Source: Deltaproteobacteria bacterium (lineage in GTDB: Bacteria; Myxococcota; JACRCW01). Taken from it: DNA of 45,907 nucleotides. A program made the position numbers and the translations under genes. The notes beneath the pieces were generated by a model. It ran no database searches. It had not been told where the DNA came from and was given only the letters and a program-made list of their open reading frames with translations. The stretch is taken from NCBI GenBank assembly GCA_016218805.1, contig JACRCW010000166.1, forward strand, positions 1 through 45,907. The letters run 5' to 3'. Of this stretch, positions 21,656 to 31,579 are shown one piece after another (positions within the stretch are counted from its first letter, which is position 1; each line of letters opens with the position of its first letter).

Positions 21656-23884
21656 ATGCGTCTGCCGCTCAAGTTCCTTGCCGTGTTGCTCACGTCCCTG
21701 GGTCTGCTGGCGGGCGGCGGCTACGCCATGCTGACCAGCATGACCCGCGAGTGGTTTGAGAAGGACCTGCGTTTGCGCTCCCAGCTTGCCGTGGGGGCCG
21801 CACGCATGGGGCTGGTGGAAGCCTGGACCAACCGGTCCGGCGTGCTTGCCGAGCGGCTCACGGACATCACGCGCGACGAGCGCATCATGAGTGCGGCGGC
21901 CTGTTCCATGACGGGGGACCTGGTCGCCGCCACGGACGGCTACCTGCGCGACTTCTCATGCCGGTCCGTCCTTGAGCGGATCCAGCGGGATGTAGCCACG
22001 GAGATTGACGCGTGGACCATGACGTCAGACCTGCCGTCCGGGCGCGTGCAGCTGAGCGGACACCTGGTGCTTGATGATGGCCCGCCGCTTGGATTTGTCC
22101 TGCTGGTGCATGACCTGAGCTTCCTGGGGCGCCGGGAGGAGGCCACGCGGGACCTGCTGCTGCTGGCGTTTTTTGTGCTGGCGCTGGGGGCCGCCCTGGT
22201 CACGTTGCTGGCGGCCAAACTGGCGTGGCGTGGCTGGACGCGGGACCTGCAGCGCGCGTTGTCCGGGGACGCTCCGCGCGAGTTCCAGCCGCTGGTCCGC
22301 GACGTGCGCGCGTTGGTGGACCGGCTCTCCCGCGAGGCGGAGACGCGCACGGGCCCGTGGGACCCGGAGCGCCTGCGGGCCACGCTGCTGCAGCACCTCA
22401 AGGGCGAGCGCGTGGTCATCCTGGCCAACCGCGAGCCGTACATCCACGTGAAGACGCCGCACGGCATCCGCGTGCAGCACCCGGCCAGCGGCCTGGTGAC
22501 GGCGTTGGAGCCGGTGATGCGCGCGTGCTCCGGCGTGTGGGTTGCGCACGGCGGCGGCAGCGCGGACCGGGAGACGGTGGACACGCGGGACCGGGTGGCG
22601 GTGCCGCCCGGCGAGGAGTCCTACCTGGTGCGGCGCGTGTGGCTCACCGAGGAGGAGGAGAACGGGTACTACTACGGCTTCTCCAACGAGGGGCTCTGGC
22701 CGCTGTGCCACATTGCGCACGCGCGCCCCATCTTCCGCGCGGATGACTGGAAACACTATGTCGCCGTGAACCGGAAGTTTGCCGCCGCGGTGTGTGAGGA
22801 GGTGGACTCCGAGGACCCCATCATCCTGGTGCAGGACTACCACTTTGCCCTGGCACCCCGGATGATCCGCGAGCGGCTGCCGCGCGCCACCATCCTCACC
22901 TTCTGGCACATCCCCTGGCCCAACGGGGAACGCGTGGGCATCTGCCCGTGGCGCGAGGAGATCATCTCGGGCCTGCTGGGGTCCAGCATTGTCGGGTTTC
23001 ACACGCAGCAGCACTGCAACAACTTCTTTGACGCGGTGGACGCATTCATGGAGAGCCGCATTGACCGCGAAGCCCACGCGGTCATCCAGGGCAGCCACCG
23101 CACGCTGGTGCGCCCGTATCCCATTTCCATTGAATGGCCCGTGCACTGGCTGGCCGGCCTGCCCCCGGTGGAAGAATGCCGCCGCTCCATCCGGCAGGAG
23201 CTGGGCCTGCCGGCGGACGCGCTGCTGGGCGTGGGAATTGATCGGTTGGACTACACCAAAGGGATCGAAGAGCGCTTGCAGGCGGTGGACGAGTTGCTGA
23301 CGCGCTACCCGGAGTTCCGCGGCCGCTTCTGGTTTGCGCAGCTGGCGGCCCCCAGCCGCACCAAGATTGACCGCTACCGCGAGCTCAACGCCCGCGTGGA
23401 GACGGTGGCCAATGAAATCAATGAGAAGTGGCAGAAGCACGGTCACAAGCCCATTGTGTTGCTGCGTTCCCACCACGAGCCGCCCGCCGTGTTCCGCTAC
23501 TACCGCGCCGCGGACCTCTGTTACGTCAGCAGCCTGCATGACGGGATGAACCTGGTGGCCAAGGAGTTTGTGGCCGCGCGGGACGACGAGAAGGGCGTGC
23601 TGGTGCTCTCCCAGTTCACGGGCGCCGCACGGGACCTGACCGAGGCGCTGGTGGTGAACCCGTATGACTTCCGCCAGGCCAGTGACGCGCTGGCCGCCGC
23701 GCTGAACATGCCCGTGGCGGAGCAGCAGGAGCGCATGCATTCCATGCGGCGGCTGGTCTCCGAGTTCAACGTCTACCGCTGGGCCGGGCGGATGCTGGTG
23801 GACGCCGCGGAGTTGCGCCGGCGCGAGCGGATGTCCGGGCGCCTGTCCAGCGTGGCTCCCCAGCGGACGACGGACGGCGCATGA
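21656..23884 (+). CDS. otsA: Trehalose-6-phosphate synthase with N-terminal TM-extracytoplasmic-TM extension
   Basis: ANREPY, SGLVTAL, YYGFSNEGLWPLCH, QDYHF, FWHIPWP, DRLDYTKG, DGMNLVAKEF. Confidence 0.93.
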   Translation: MRLPLKFLAVLLTSLGLLAGGGYAMLTSMTREWFEKDLRLRSQLAVGAARMGLVEAWTNRSGVLAERLTDITRDERIMSAAACSMTGDLVAATDGYLRDFSCRSVLERIQRDVATEIDAWTMTSDLPSGRVQLSGHLVLDDGPPLGFVLLVHDLSFLGRREEATRDLLLLAFFVLALGAALVTLLAAKLAWRGWTRDLQRALSGDAPREFQPLVRDVRALVDRLSREAETRTGPWDPERLRATLLQHLKGERVVILANREPYIHVKTPHGIRVQHPASGLVTALEPVMRACSGVWVAHGGGSADRETVDTRDRVAVPPGEESYLVRRVWLTEEEENGYYYGFSNEGLWPLCHIAHARPIFRADDWKHYVAVNRKFAAAVCEEVDSEDPIILVQDYHFALAPRMIRERLPRATILTFWHIPWPNGERVGICPWREEIISGLLGSSIVGFHTQQHCNNFFDAVDAFMESRIDREAHAVIQGSHRTLVRPYPISIEWPVHWLAGLPPVEECRRSIRQELGLPADALLGVGIDRLDYTKGIEERLQAVDELLTRYPEFRGRFWFAQLAAPSRTKIDRYRELNARVETVANEINEKWQKHGHKPIVLLRSHHEPPAVFRYYRAADLCYVSSLHDGMNLVAKEFVAARDDEKGVLVLSQFTGAARDLTEALVVNPYDFRQASDALAAALNMPVAEQQERMHSMRRLVSEFNVYRWAGRMLVDAAELRRRERMSGRLSSVAPQRTTDGA

Positions 23885-24639
23885 AACACGTCCTTTCCCC
23901 GGCCAACCTGGATGTGCTGGCGCAATACGCGTGGGCGCGCGTGCTGCTGGCCTTTGACTTTGACGGCACGCTGGCGCCCATTGTGCCCCGGCGGGATGAC
24001 GCGCGGATGCGCGTGCGCACGCGGGACCTGCTGGCAGGGCTGTGCGCGCGTTACCCGTGCGCCGTGATCTCCGGCCGCAGCGAGGCCGACGTCGAGGCCC
24101 GACTCAACGGCGTGGGCGTTCCGCACATCATTGGCAACCACGGGATGGAACCCGGGGATTCGCTGGCCCGGTTTGAGGCGGAGGTGGCCGCCATCCGGCC
24201 CCTGCTCATGCGGGCGCTGGCCCATGAGCCGGGGATCGACATCGAGGACAAGCGCTTCTCGCTGGCGCTGCACTACCGGAAGTCACGGCGGCGCATGCAG
24301 GCCCAGGCGTGTATCCGCGCCGCGGTGACAGGTCTGCCGCATCCGGTGCGGGCCATCCCCGGCAAGTGGGTGGTCAACCTGGTCCCCGCCAACGCGCCCA
24401 ACAAGGGCGACGCGCTGCGCGCGCTGCGCGCGCAGCTGGGCCTGGATGCCGCGGTGTTCGTGGGCGACGACGAGACGGACGAGGACGTGTTTGCGCTGGA
24501 TGAACCGGGACGGCTGCTCACCATCCGCGTGGGGCTCTCCCACAAGTCCGCGGCCGCGTACTTTGTGAAGGACCAGCGCGAAGTAGACCCGCTGCTGGCC
24601 GCGCTGGTCCGCTTCCGCCCACCGGAGCAGGCCACGTGA
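23881..24639 (+). CDS. otsB: Trehalose-6-phosphate phosphatase (HAD family)
   Basis: DFDGTLAPI, ISGR, GNHG.E, EDK..SLALHYR, GDDETDED. Confidence 0.93.
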   Translation: MKHVLSPANLDVLAQYAWARVLLAFDFDGTLAPIVPRRDDARMRVRTRDLLAGLCARYPCAVISGRSEADVEARLNGVGVPHIIGNHGMEPGDSLARFEAEVAAIRPLLMRALAHEPGIDIEDKRFSLALHYRKSRRRMQAQACIRAAVTGLPHPVRAIPGKWVVNLVPANAPNKGDALRALRAQLGLDAAVFVGDDETDEDVFALDEPGRLLTIRVGLSHKSAAAYFVKDQREVDPLLAALVRFRPPEQAT

Positions 24640-25133
24640 CCGGGCGCGAACGCACCCCGCCGCTGGCGCTGGGTCCTGAGTTGGACTTCCTACGCACCGT
24701 GTGGCGCCTCAACCACGCCGTGGAGCGCGTGTCCGCGGACATGGCGCGCACGCTGGGCGTCACCGCGCAGCAGCGGCTGGCGCTGCGCATCATTGGCAAG
24801 TTCCCCGGCATCACGCCGGGCATGCTGGCTGAGCTGCTGCACCTGGACCCGGGCACCGTGTCTGCCACGCTCCGCCGCCTGGAAAGCCGCGGCCTGGTCC
24901 AGCGCCGCCGGGATCACCGTGACCGGCGGCGCGTGGTACTGGGACTGACCGCGGCAGGCCGCCAACTGGACCGGCCCACCGAGGGCACCCTTGAGGCCGC
25001 TGTGGCGCAGCTCCTCCGCCCCGGCGACGCCCGCGCCCTCGGTCATGCCGCTGACACACTTGTCAGGCTGGCGGTCCTGCTGGAAAAGCGGCCGCTCACC
25101 TCCACCGGCAGGCGGCGTCGCGCCGCTCCGTGA
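24636..25133 (+). CDS. MarR family transcriptional regulator
   Basis: wHTH with LAELLHLDPGTVSATLRRLESRGLV..DRRRVVLGLT..G. Confidence 0.9.
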   Translation: MTGRERTPPLALGPELDFLRTVWRLNHAVERVSADMARTLGVTAQQRLALRIIGKFPGITPGMLAELLHLDPGTVSATLRRLESRGLVQRRRDHRDRRRVVLGLTAAGRQLDRPTEGTLEAAVAQLLRPGDARALGHAADTLVRLAVLLEKRPLTSTGRRRRAAP

Positions 25134-25160
25134 TGGACCAGACCGCCCCAAAGGACCTCC

Positions 25161-26507
25161 ATGACTGCTGGATCCGGTGTTGCCCGCTCGACCACGCCCG
25201 GCCGCAGCGGTCTGCGTGCGCGGGTTACCCTTGCCGCCGCTCTGCTCCTCATCCCGTCGGCTCTGCTCGCCGCCACCACCACCCCCGCCCCGGCTCCTGA
25301 ACTGGCGGGCGTCCCCGTTGAGTTCATTCTCTTTGGCCTCACGCTGCTGGGCGTGGCCGCGCTGCACCACCACGCCATGGTGGTGGCTCTGTCCGGGCTG
25401 GGGACGGTGCTCGCCTACAAACTCGCGTTCACCCGCTTTGACCTGGTCACCCACCTCCACCACGAGTGGATGATCCTGGTGAACCTGCTTGGCCTTTTGC
25501 TGGGCTTTGCGCTGCTGGCCAAGCACTTTGAGGACAGCGGCGTGCCCAACAAGCTCCCGGACTACCTCCCTGACGATTGGAAGGGAGGGCTGGTGCTGCT
25601 CGTCATCGTGTGCGTGCTGTCGTCGTTCCTGGACAACATCGCCGCGGCCATGATCGGCGGCACCGTGGCCCGTGTCGTCTTCAAGGGCCGGGTGCACGTC
25701 GGGTACCTGGCGGGGATTGTGGCGGCCTCCAATGCGGGCGGCGCGGGCAGCGTGGTGGGTGACACCACCACCACCATGATGTGGATTGACGGCGTGCCCG
25801 CGCTGGGCGTGGCCGGCGCGTCGCTCGGGGCGGTCGTCTCGCTGGCGTTGTTCGGCGTGGTGGCGGCGCGGCAGCAGCATGCGTTTGAACCCATTACGCG
25901 GGACGCGCCCGCGGGTGCCCGCGTGGACTGGGGCCGCCTCGCCATCGTCGCCGCCATCCTGGCCGGCACCATTGCCACCAATGTGCTGCTGGACTTCCCC
26001 GCCGTGGGGCTGTGGCTGGCGCTGGTGGCCGGCTCCTTCTTCCGCCACACCGAGTGGGGTGAGCTGCGCGGCGCCCTCAAGGGCACGGTCTTCCTCCTCA
26101 GCCTGGTGCTGTGTGCCTCCATGATGCCGGTGGAACGCCTCCCCGACGCGTCCTGGCAGACCACCCTGGGGCTGGGGTTTGTCTCCGCCATCTTCGACAA
26201 CATTCCGCTCACCAAGCTGGCGCTGGAACAGGGCGGCTATGACGCCGTGTTCCTCGCGTTCGCTGTCGGGTTCGGTGGTTCCATGATCTGGTTCGGGTCG
26301 TCGGCCGGGGTGGCGCTCACCAACGCCTTCCCCGAAGGCCGTTCCACCGTGCAATGGCTCCGTCACGGCTGGCACGTGGCGGTGGCGTACGTGGTGGCGT
26401 TCTTCGTGATGCTCGCCGTGTTTGGGTACCACCCCACGCAGTACACGCGAAAAGGCGCGCGGCCTGCGGCCTCCGCGCCGCACGCCGAACCGGCCCAGGC
26501 GCACTGA
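25161..26507 (+). CDS. Ion transporter superfamily permease (citrate transporter / NhaD-like)
   Basis: SSFLDNIAAA, ASNAGGAGSVVGDTTTTM, SAIFDNIPLT, GGSMIWFGSSAGVA. Confidence 0.85.
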   Translation: MTAGSGVARSTTPGRSGLRARVTLAAALLLIPSALLAATTTPAPAPELAGVPVEFILFGLTLLGVAALHHHAMVVALSGLGTVLAYKLAFTRFDLVTHLHHEWMILVNLLGLLLGFALLAKHFEDSGVPNKLPDYLPDDWKGGLVLLVIVCVLSSFLDNIAAAMIGGTVARVVFKGRVHVGYLAGIVAASNAGGAGSVVGDTTTTMMWIDGVPALGVAGASLGAVVSLALFGVVAARQQHAFEPITRDAPAGARVDWGRLAIVAAILAGTIATNVLLDFPAVGLWLALVAGSFFRHTEWGELRGALKGTVFLLSLVLCASMMPVERLPDASWQTTLGLGFVSAIFDNIPLTKLALEQGGYDAVFLAFAVGFGGSMIWFGSSAGVALTNAFPEGRSTVQWLRHGWHVAVAYVVAFFVMLAVFGYHPTQYTRKGARPAASAPHAEPAQAH

Positions 26508-26595
26508 CCCGCCGTCACCCGGCGTACGGCGGCGGCTGACACCCCTGCCTCCGGGTTTGCCTCGGTCACGGCAACGTTGGTACCGGGTTGGGCAA

Positions 26596-26649
26596 GGGTG
26601 TGACGGCGCCGCTGTCACAGGCTTCCACGGACGGTCGGGCCGCCATCCG
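26596..26649 (+). ncRNA. nhaA-I-like riboswitch candidate upstream of dctM
   Basis: GGGTG, stem GTGACGGC/GCTGTCAC, CAGG, hairpin CGGACGG-TCGGGCCG-CCATCCG. Confidence 0.75.
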
Positions 26650-26783
26650 CCTGCCAGGCTCACGCAAGCGCGTGGGCCGGCGGCGGGCACCGGCATCACC
26701 GGCGCGCGCCGTCATCCGGAGCCCAGGCCCATGCCCCAACCACGCTGCTCCACGCGGTTCCTCTCCCTCCGCCGGGGCCCGAC

Positions 26784-28400
26784 GTGACGGCGCTCCACGT
26801 CGGTCTGCTGGTTCTGGACGCCGTGCTCGCCGTGCTGGCCTACCGGCGCCGCCGCCGAGGCATGGCGGTGTGGCTCGCCCTGCTCACCACGACCTTCCTC
26901 TTCACGGGCAAGGTGACCTTCGTGGTGTTGGGCACCGTCGCAGCGGCGTTGCTCCTGGGCCAGCCGTTGTTTGTGCTGATGGGTACGCTGGGGATCCTGC
27001 TGTTGGCCACCGTGTCCGGCATGGGCAGCCTGGATGACCTCACCGTGGTCGTTCGCAAGCTGCTGGAGTTGGCCAGCAAGGAGGTGCTGCTGGCCATTCC
27101 GTTCTTCGTCGTGGCGGGGGAACTGATGACCCACGGCAGCCTTGCGCGCCGGTTGGTGGACGTCATGCGCAGCCTGTTCGCGTGGATTCCCGGCGGACTG
27201 GCCATGGCCGCGGTGTCCGGGTGCGTCTTCTTCGCCGCCATTTCCGGGAGTTCGCCCGTCACCGTGGTGGCCATCGGTTCCATCATGGCCCCGGCGCTCA
27301 TCAAGTCCCGCTATCCGGAGGATTTCTCCATTGGCCTGCTCACCACGGCGGGCTCCCTGGGCATCCTCATTCCGCCCTCCATCCCCATGATCGTCTACGC
27401 CATCATGGTGGGTGCCTCCACGCCGGTGGACCCCATGGAGCTGTTCATCGCCGGCATCCTGCCCGGCCTCATGATCGGCGCCCTGCTCGCGGGGTACTCG
27501 TTTCTGGTTGGTTACCGGCGGCGCGTCCCCACGGAGCCGTTCAGCTGGCCCACCGTCACCACGGCGGTGTCTGAAGGCATCTGGTCCCTGCTGCTGCCCA
27601 TCATCATCCTGGGTGGCATCTACTCCGGCACCTTCACCGCCACTGAGGCGGCAGCCGTCAGCGTCCTTTACGCGCTGGCCGTGGAGGTGTTCATCCACAA
27701 GGAGCTGGACGGAAAGAAGCTCGCCGCGGTGGCTGCCGGTTCCATGACGGTGATGGGCTCCCTGCTGGTCATCATCGCGCTGGCCATCACGCTCAACTAC
27801 TTCCTTGTGCTGGAGGGCATCCCCGACCTGATGGTGAACTGGCTCAAGGGGCTGGACCTGTCCCGGCCTACCTTCCTGCTGCTGGTGAACCTGCTGTTGC
27901 TGGTGGTCGGCTGCTTCATGGACATCATGAGCGCCATCCTCATCATCGCGCCCATGCTCGCGCCCATGGCCAACGCCATGGGGATTGACCCGGTCCACAT
28001 GGGCATCATCTTCATCGTGAATCTGGAGATCGGTTACCTCACGCCTCCGGTGGGACTGAACCTGTTCGTGAGTTCCACGCTGTTCAAAAGGAGCCTCGGG
28101 TTTGTCACGCGTGCGGTGCTGCCCACGCTGGCCATCATGGTGTTCGGTCTGTGCATTGTGGTCTGGGTGCCGCAGGTCTCCCTGCTGCTGGTGGAAGCGG
28201 TCCGCAAACCGCCCACGGCCCCCGCCGCTGTCATCACGCCGGCGGTTCCTCCGGCGGGCCCCGCCCGGGTCAAGACGCTGGAGGAGCTGATGCGCGAACA
28301 GCGCGACGGGGGCGCGTCGCCCAGCACCACACCGCCGCCGCCCCGGGTGAAGACGCTGGAAGAACTCATGCGCGAGGCGCGCGAGCGCGGGACCGAGTGA
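26784..28400 (+). CDS. dctM: TRAP transporter large permease (DctM family)
   Basis: LLAIPFF, FFAAISGSS, GSLGILIPPSIPMIVY, FTATEAAA, GYLTPPVGLNLFV. Confidence 0.92.
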   Translation: MTALHVGLLVLDAVLAVLAYRRRRRGMAVWLALLTTTFLFTGKVTFVVLGTVAAALLLGQPLFVLMGTLGILLLATVSGMGSLDDLTVVVRKLLELASKEVLLAIPFFVVAGELMTHGSLARRLVDVMRSLFAWIPGGLAMAAVSGCVFFAAISGSSPVTVVAIGSIMAPALIKSRYPEDFSIGLLTTAGSLGILIPPSIPMIVYAIMVGASTPVDPMELFIAGILPGLMIGALLAGYSFLVGYRRRVPTEPFSWPTVTTAVSEGIWSLLLPIIILGGIYSGTFTATEAAAVSVLYALAVEVFIHKELDGKKLAAVAAGSMTVMGSLLVIIALAITLNYFLVLEGIPDLMVNWLKGLDLSRPTFLLLVNLLLLVVGCFMDIMSAILIIAPMLAPMANAMGIDPVHMGIIFIVNLEIGYLTPPVGLNLFVSSTLFKRSLGFVTRAVLPTLAIMVFGLCIVVWVPQVSLLLVEAVRKPPTAPAAVITPAVPPAGPARVKTLEELMREQRDGGASPSTTPPPPRVKTLEELMREARERGTE

Positions 28401-28415
28401 CGGACGGGTTCTACG

Positions 28416-28844
28416 TCAATGCACCAGTGTGACCGGCAGCCGTGTGCGGTGGATGACCTTGGTGGCCACGGAGCCCATCACCAGGTTTCCCACGGCACCC
28501 ATCCCGTGCGTCCCCATCACAATGGCCTGGCAAGCCTCCTCCTCGGCCACACGGGCAATCTCGTCGGCCACGTGCCCCTCCCTGGCCTGGCTGGTGAAGG
28601 GAACGCCCGCCTCCTTGAGCCGCCTGGCCGCGTCGGCAAGTTGGCGCTCGCTGGCATCCAGCCGCTGCGCTTCCGCGGCGCGTTCACTGACGTACACCGC
28701 CACCTCCCCGTACACGATGGGCGGTTCCTGAACGTTGAGCAGCCGGACCTCCAGTGGCCCCAGCTCCTGGGACAGGCCAATCACGTGGTCCACGGCGTGG
28801 AGCGAGGATTCAGACCCGTCAACGGGCAGCAGAATGCGGTGCAT
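28416..28844 (-). CDS. Universal stress protein
   Basis: ILLPVDGS, IVMGTHG.G, MGSVATKV; GGAGG RBS. Confidence 0.93.
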   Translation of the reverse strand: MHRILLPVDGSESSLHAVDHVIGLSQELGPLEVRLLNVQEPPIVYGEVAVYVSERAAEAQRLDASERQLADAARRLKEAGVPFTSQAREGHVADEIARVAEEEACQAIVMGTHGMGAVGNLVMGSVATKVIHRTRLPVTLVH

Positions 28845-28986
28845 CATCACCTCCGCTGAACACCGGGTGGCTGCAAGGAAGATGGGCATCAACGCACGGG
28901 GCGGCAACCGCGCTGGCATGGAGTCTCTGGGGCGCTGCAACCGTTGCCCGGCCCCACTTCCGTCGATACACAGCCGCCAGCTTCAC

Positions 28987-29044
28987 GGGTGCACGGCGAC
29001 GCCGCTGCAGGACGTAAGAGGGAGGGTCGGGCCGCCCTCCCCTT
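28987..29044 (+). ncRNA. nhaA-I-like riboswitch candidate upstream of nhaA
   Basis: GGGTG-stem-CAGG, hairpin GGGAGGG-TCGGGCCG-CCCTCCC; directly 5' of nhaA. Confidence 0.8.
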
Positions 29045-29078
29045 GGATGCGCCCTAGCGGCGCCGGAACCGCGAGCCC

Positions 29079-30434
29079 ATGGCCCACGCAACGGACCCGA
29101 TGAACCTGACCCGGCCAGCGCCGATCGAGCGGCTGGTTGCCCCCGTGCAGGCGTTCCTCAGGCACCGCCTGGCCGGCGCGGGGTTGTTGCTGGGTGCCGC
29201 CGTCGCAGCGCTGGCCTGGGCGTCCTCGCCGTGGGGAGACGGTTATGACGCCCTGCTCCACACCCGCGCGGCCGTGACGCTGGGACCGTGGACGCTGGAG
29301 AAGACCGTGCACCACTGGGTCAATGACGCCGTCATGGCCCTGTTCTTCTTCGTCGTTGGCCTGGAGCTCAAGCGCGAAATCCTTGAAGGCGAGCTGTCCA
29401 CACGCGCCAAGGCCATGCTCCCCGCGGCGTGCGCCGCCGGCGGAATGCTGGTGCCTGCGGCCATCTACGCCGCGGTGAACACCGGCAGGCCCTCGCTGGC
29501 GGGCTGGGGGATCCCCATGGCGACGGACATCGCCTTTGCGTTGGGCGTGCTGGCTTTGCTGGGTGAGCGGATCCCGGCCGCGTACAAGGTCTTCCTCACC
29601 GCCGTGGCCGTCGCGGATGACCTCGGTGCGGTGCTGGTCATTGCGTTGTTCTACACGGACGGCCTCTCCATCCCCGCGCTCCTTGGGGGCGGGCTGCTGG
29701 TGGGCCTCGCCGTCGTGATGAACGTCGTCGGCATCCGCCACCACGTCGCCTATTTCGTCGTAGGGCTTGGGGTCTGGCTCTGCTTCTTGGAGTCCGGCGT
29801 CCACGCCACCCTGGCCGCCCTCCTGGTGGCCTTCACCATCCCCGCGCGTACCCGGCTGGACAGCCGGGGCATGGCGCAGTCCCTGGACCGGCTGGTCCAG
29901 CACTACGCCGCTCAACCGCTGCCTGACGGATACGGCCTGTTGAAACCCTACGAGCAGGATGTCCTGCACGAGATTGAACACGTGGTGGAGCGGGGAACGG
30001 CGCCGCTGCAGCGCCTGGAACACGCGCTGCTGCCGCTGGTCACGCTGGTCGTGCTGCCCGTGTTCGCGTTTGCCAACGCGGGCGTGCGCGTCCAGGGCAA
30101 CCCGTTGGACCTGGTGGCCAGCCCGCTGGTGCTGGGCATCGTCCTCGGGCTGGTCGTCGGGAAACCCGTGGGCATCCTGGCGGCGGCATGGGTGACGGTG
30201 CGGCTTGGCGTGGGGGAGTTGCCCGCCGGGCTGTCCTTCCGGGCGGTGGGCGCACTGGGTGTGCTGGGCGGGATCGGTTTCACCATGTCGCTGTTTGTCG
30301 GCGGGCTGGCGTTCAGTGACCCGGCGCTGGTGGACGCGGCCAAGGTGGGCACGCTGCTGGCGTCCGTGGTGGCCGGCACCGCGGGATTTCTGGTCCTGCG
30401 GCGGCTCCGCCCGGTACCCCGGCCCCCGGCCTGA
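29079..30434 (+). CDS. nhaA: Na+/H+ antiporter NhaA
   Basis: WVNDAVMALFFF.VGLELKRE, GWGIPMATDIAF, AVADDLGA, GKPVGI, GIGFTMSLF. Confidence 0.97.
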   Translation: MAHATDPMNLTRPAPIERLVAPVQAFLRHRLAGAGLLLGAAVAALAWASSPWGDGYDALLHTRAAVTLGPWTLEKTVHHWVNDAVMALFFFVVGLELKREILEGELSTRAKAMLPAACAAGGMLVPAAIYAAVNTGRPSLAGWGIPMATDIAFALGVLALLGERIPAAYKVFLTAVAVADDLGAVLVIALFYTDGLSIPALLGGGLLVGLAVVMNVVGIRHHVAYFVVGLGVWLCFLESGVHATLAALLVAFTIPARTRLDSRGMAQSLDRLVQHYAAQPLPDGYGLLKPYEQDVLHEIEHVVERGTAPLQRLEHALLPLVTLVVLPVFAFANAGVRVQGNPLDLVASPLVLGIVLGLVVGKPVGILAAAWVTVRLGVGELPAGLSFRAVGALGVLGGIGFTMSLFVGGLAFSDPALVDAAKVGTLLASVVAGTAGFLVLRRLRPVPRPPA

Positions 30435-30539
30435 TCAGCGCCTGCCGGGCGCGCCGCCGCAGGGACCGCGTGGAGCGGGACGGCTTCGCGGGCGCTCAGA
30501 CGTGGTTGGCGGTGGCGCCGGGGTAGGGACCAGCGCGCT

Positions 30540-31397
30540 TCACCCTGTGGGGGGCGTGTTCATCGGCGCCGTGACCGGCGGCTCCGGGGTCTCACCGTCC
30601 GCCCGGGTGCGCGTTGGGCGCAGGCGGCGCAGCGCACTGCGGAAGGACACGCGCTCAAACTTCTGAGCGGTTGCCGGGTCATTCCAGTAGGCACTCATTC
30701 CGCACGCACGGGCGTGCCGTGCAAGGAGCACCGCCAGCGTGAGCAGCCGATCCCGCAACTGCTTCATTTCTGCCTGAGACCGCACTCCAATAAGCGCCAG
30801 CACATCCCGGCCTTCGGCGGCCGTCAGCAGGCGCTCACCTTCATGGATGTCCGCGTCAGTGAACCCGACGGCGCCCAGTTGTGCCTGGTCGCTCCGGGCT
30901 GCCATCACCAGGGCGCGCAAGTCCGCGCATTCCTCCTCAATGGTCCCGGACTCGTTGTGGTCCTGGTAGGTGCCCAGCTTGGTGGCATCAAAGAAGAACA
31001 CCTGGGACGCCTTCAACCGCAGCTTGTTGCGCCAAGGCATGCTTGCGCGGATGGCCTGATCCACCGTCTGCGCCTTCCAATCTCCCAGCCGCAGCTGGTT
31101 GGAGAACAGGCCATTCACGGTCAACAGCGCCACAATGGTGTCGCGGAATCGGCTCCGCTCCGCTGGGCCGAACTGCACGCGGGCAAGGTCCGACTCGTGG
31201 TCGTTGATCATCAAGAACAGATCCACCACCTCCAGCCGCGTGGCCTCCACGCTCTGATCGGGTTCCATCACCTCGGTGACCAATGTGGCCAGCGGTTCCC
31301 GCAACCTGGCCAGCAGTTCCTGCAGTGCGTCCGCGGATTCCACGGGTTTCAGCTGGCGCAGGACCAGGGCCTGCGCCTCAGAGATTTGGACTGGCAT
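30540..31397 (-). CDS. Hypothetical all-alpha-helical protein (285 aa)
   Basis: Long ORF with GGAGG RBS before ATG 31397; lower GC and atypical codons; no recognisable motif. Confidence 0.75.
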   Translation of the reverse strand: MPVQISEAQALVLRQLKPVESADALQELLARLREPLATLVTEVMEPDQSVEATRLEVVDLFLMINDHESDLARVQFGPAERSRFRDTIVALLTVNGLFSNQLRLGDWKAQTVDQAIRASMPWRNKLRLKASQVFFFDATKLGTYQDHNESGTIEEECADLRALVMAARSDQAQLGAVGFTDADIHEGERLLTAAEGRDVLALIGVRSQAEMKQLRDRLLTLAVLLARHARACGMSAYWNDPATAQKFERVSFRSALRRLRPTRTRADGETPEPPVTAPMNTPPTG

Positions 31398-31446
31398 CAC
31401 CCACCTCCAAGCAGCGTTATCTGTTGGGGCACGGCCCCCGCCGCGT

Positions 31447-31579
31447 GTGGTTGCCCGCCTACCCTCCGCCCTTTTCAAGCCGCAACCACGGACCGCGCGA
31501 ATACGACATTTGGCGGAGGGTGCGGGCGGCGTGTTGAGGCCGCGCTTCTCATCGCCGTGATGGCGCCGTCTCACGGCGA
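31447..31579 (-). other. Highly structured leader / candidate ncRNA upstream of the hypothetical gene
   Basis: Stems ACCCTCCGCC(31461-70)/GGCGGAGGGT(31512-21), GTGGTTGC(31447-54)/GCAACCAC(31482-89), TCGCCGTGA(31552-60)/TCACGGCGA(31571-79). Confidence 0.45.

Noticed and set aside
26731..26787. 18-aa uORF overlapping the dctM start (possible leader peptide or dctQ remnant)
   Set aside because: Too short, with no supporting features.
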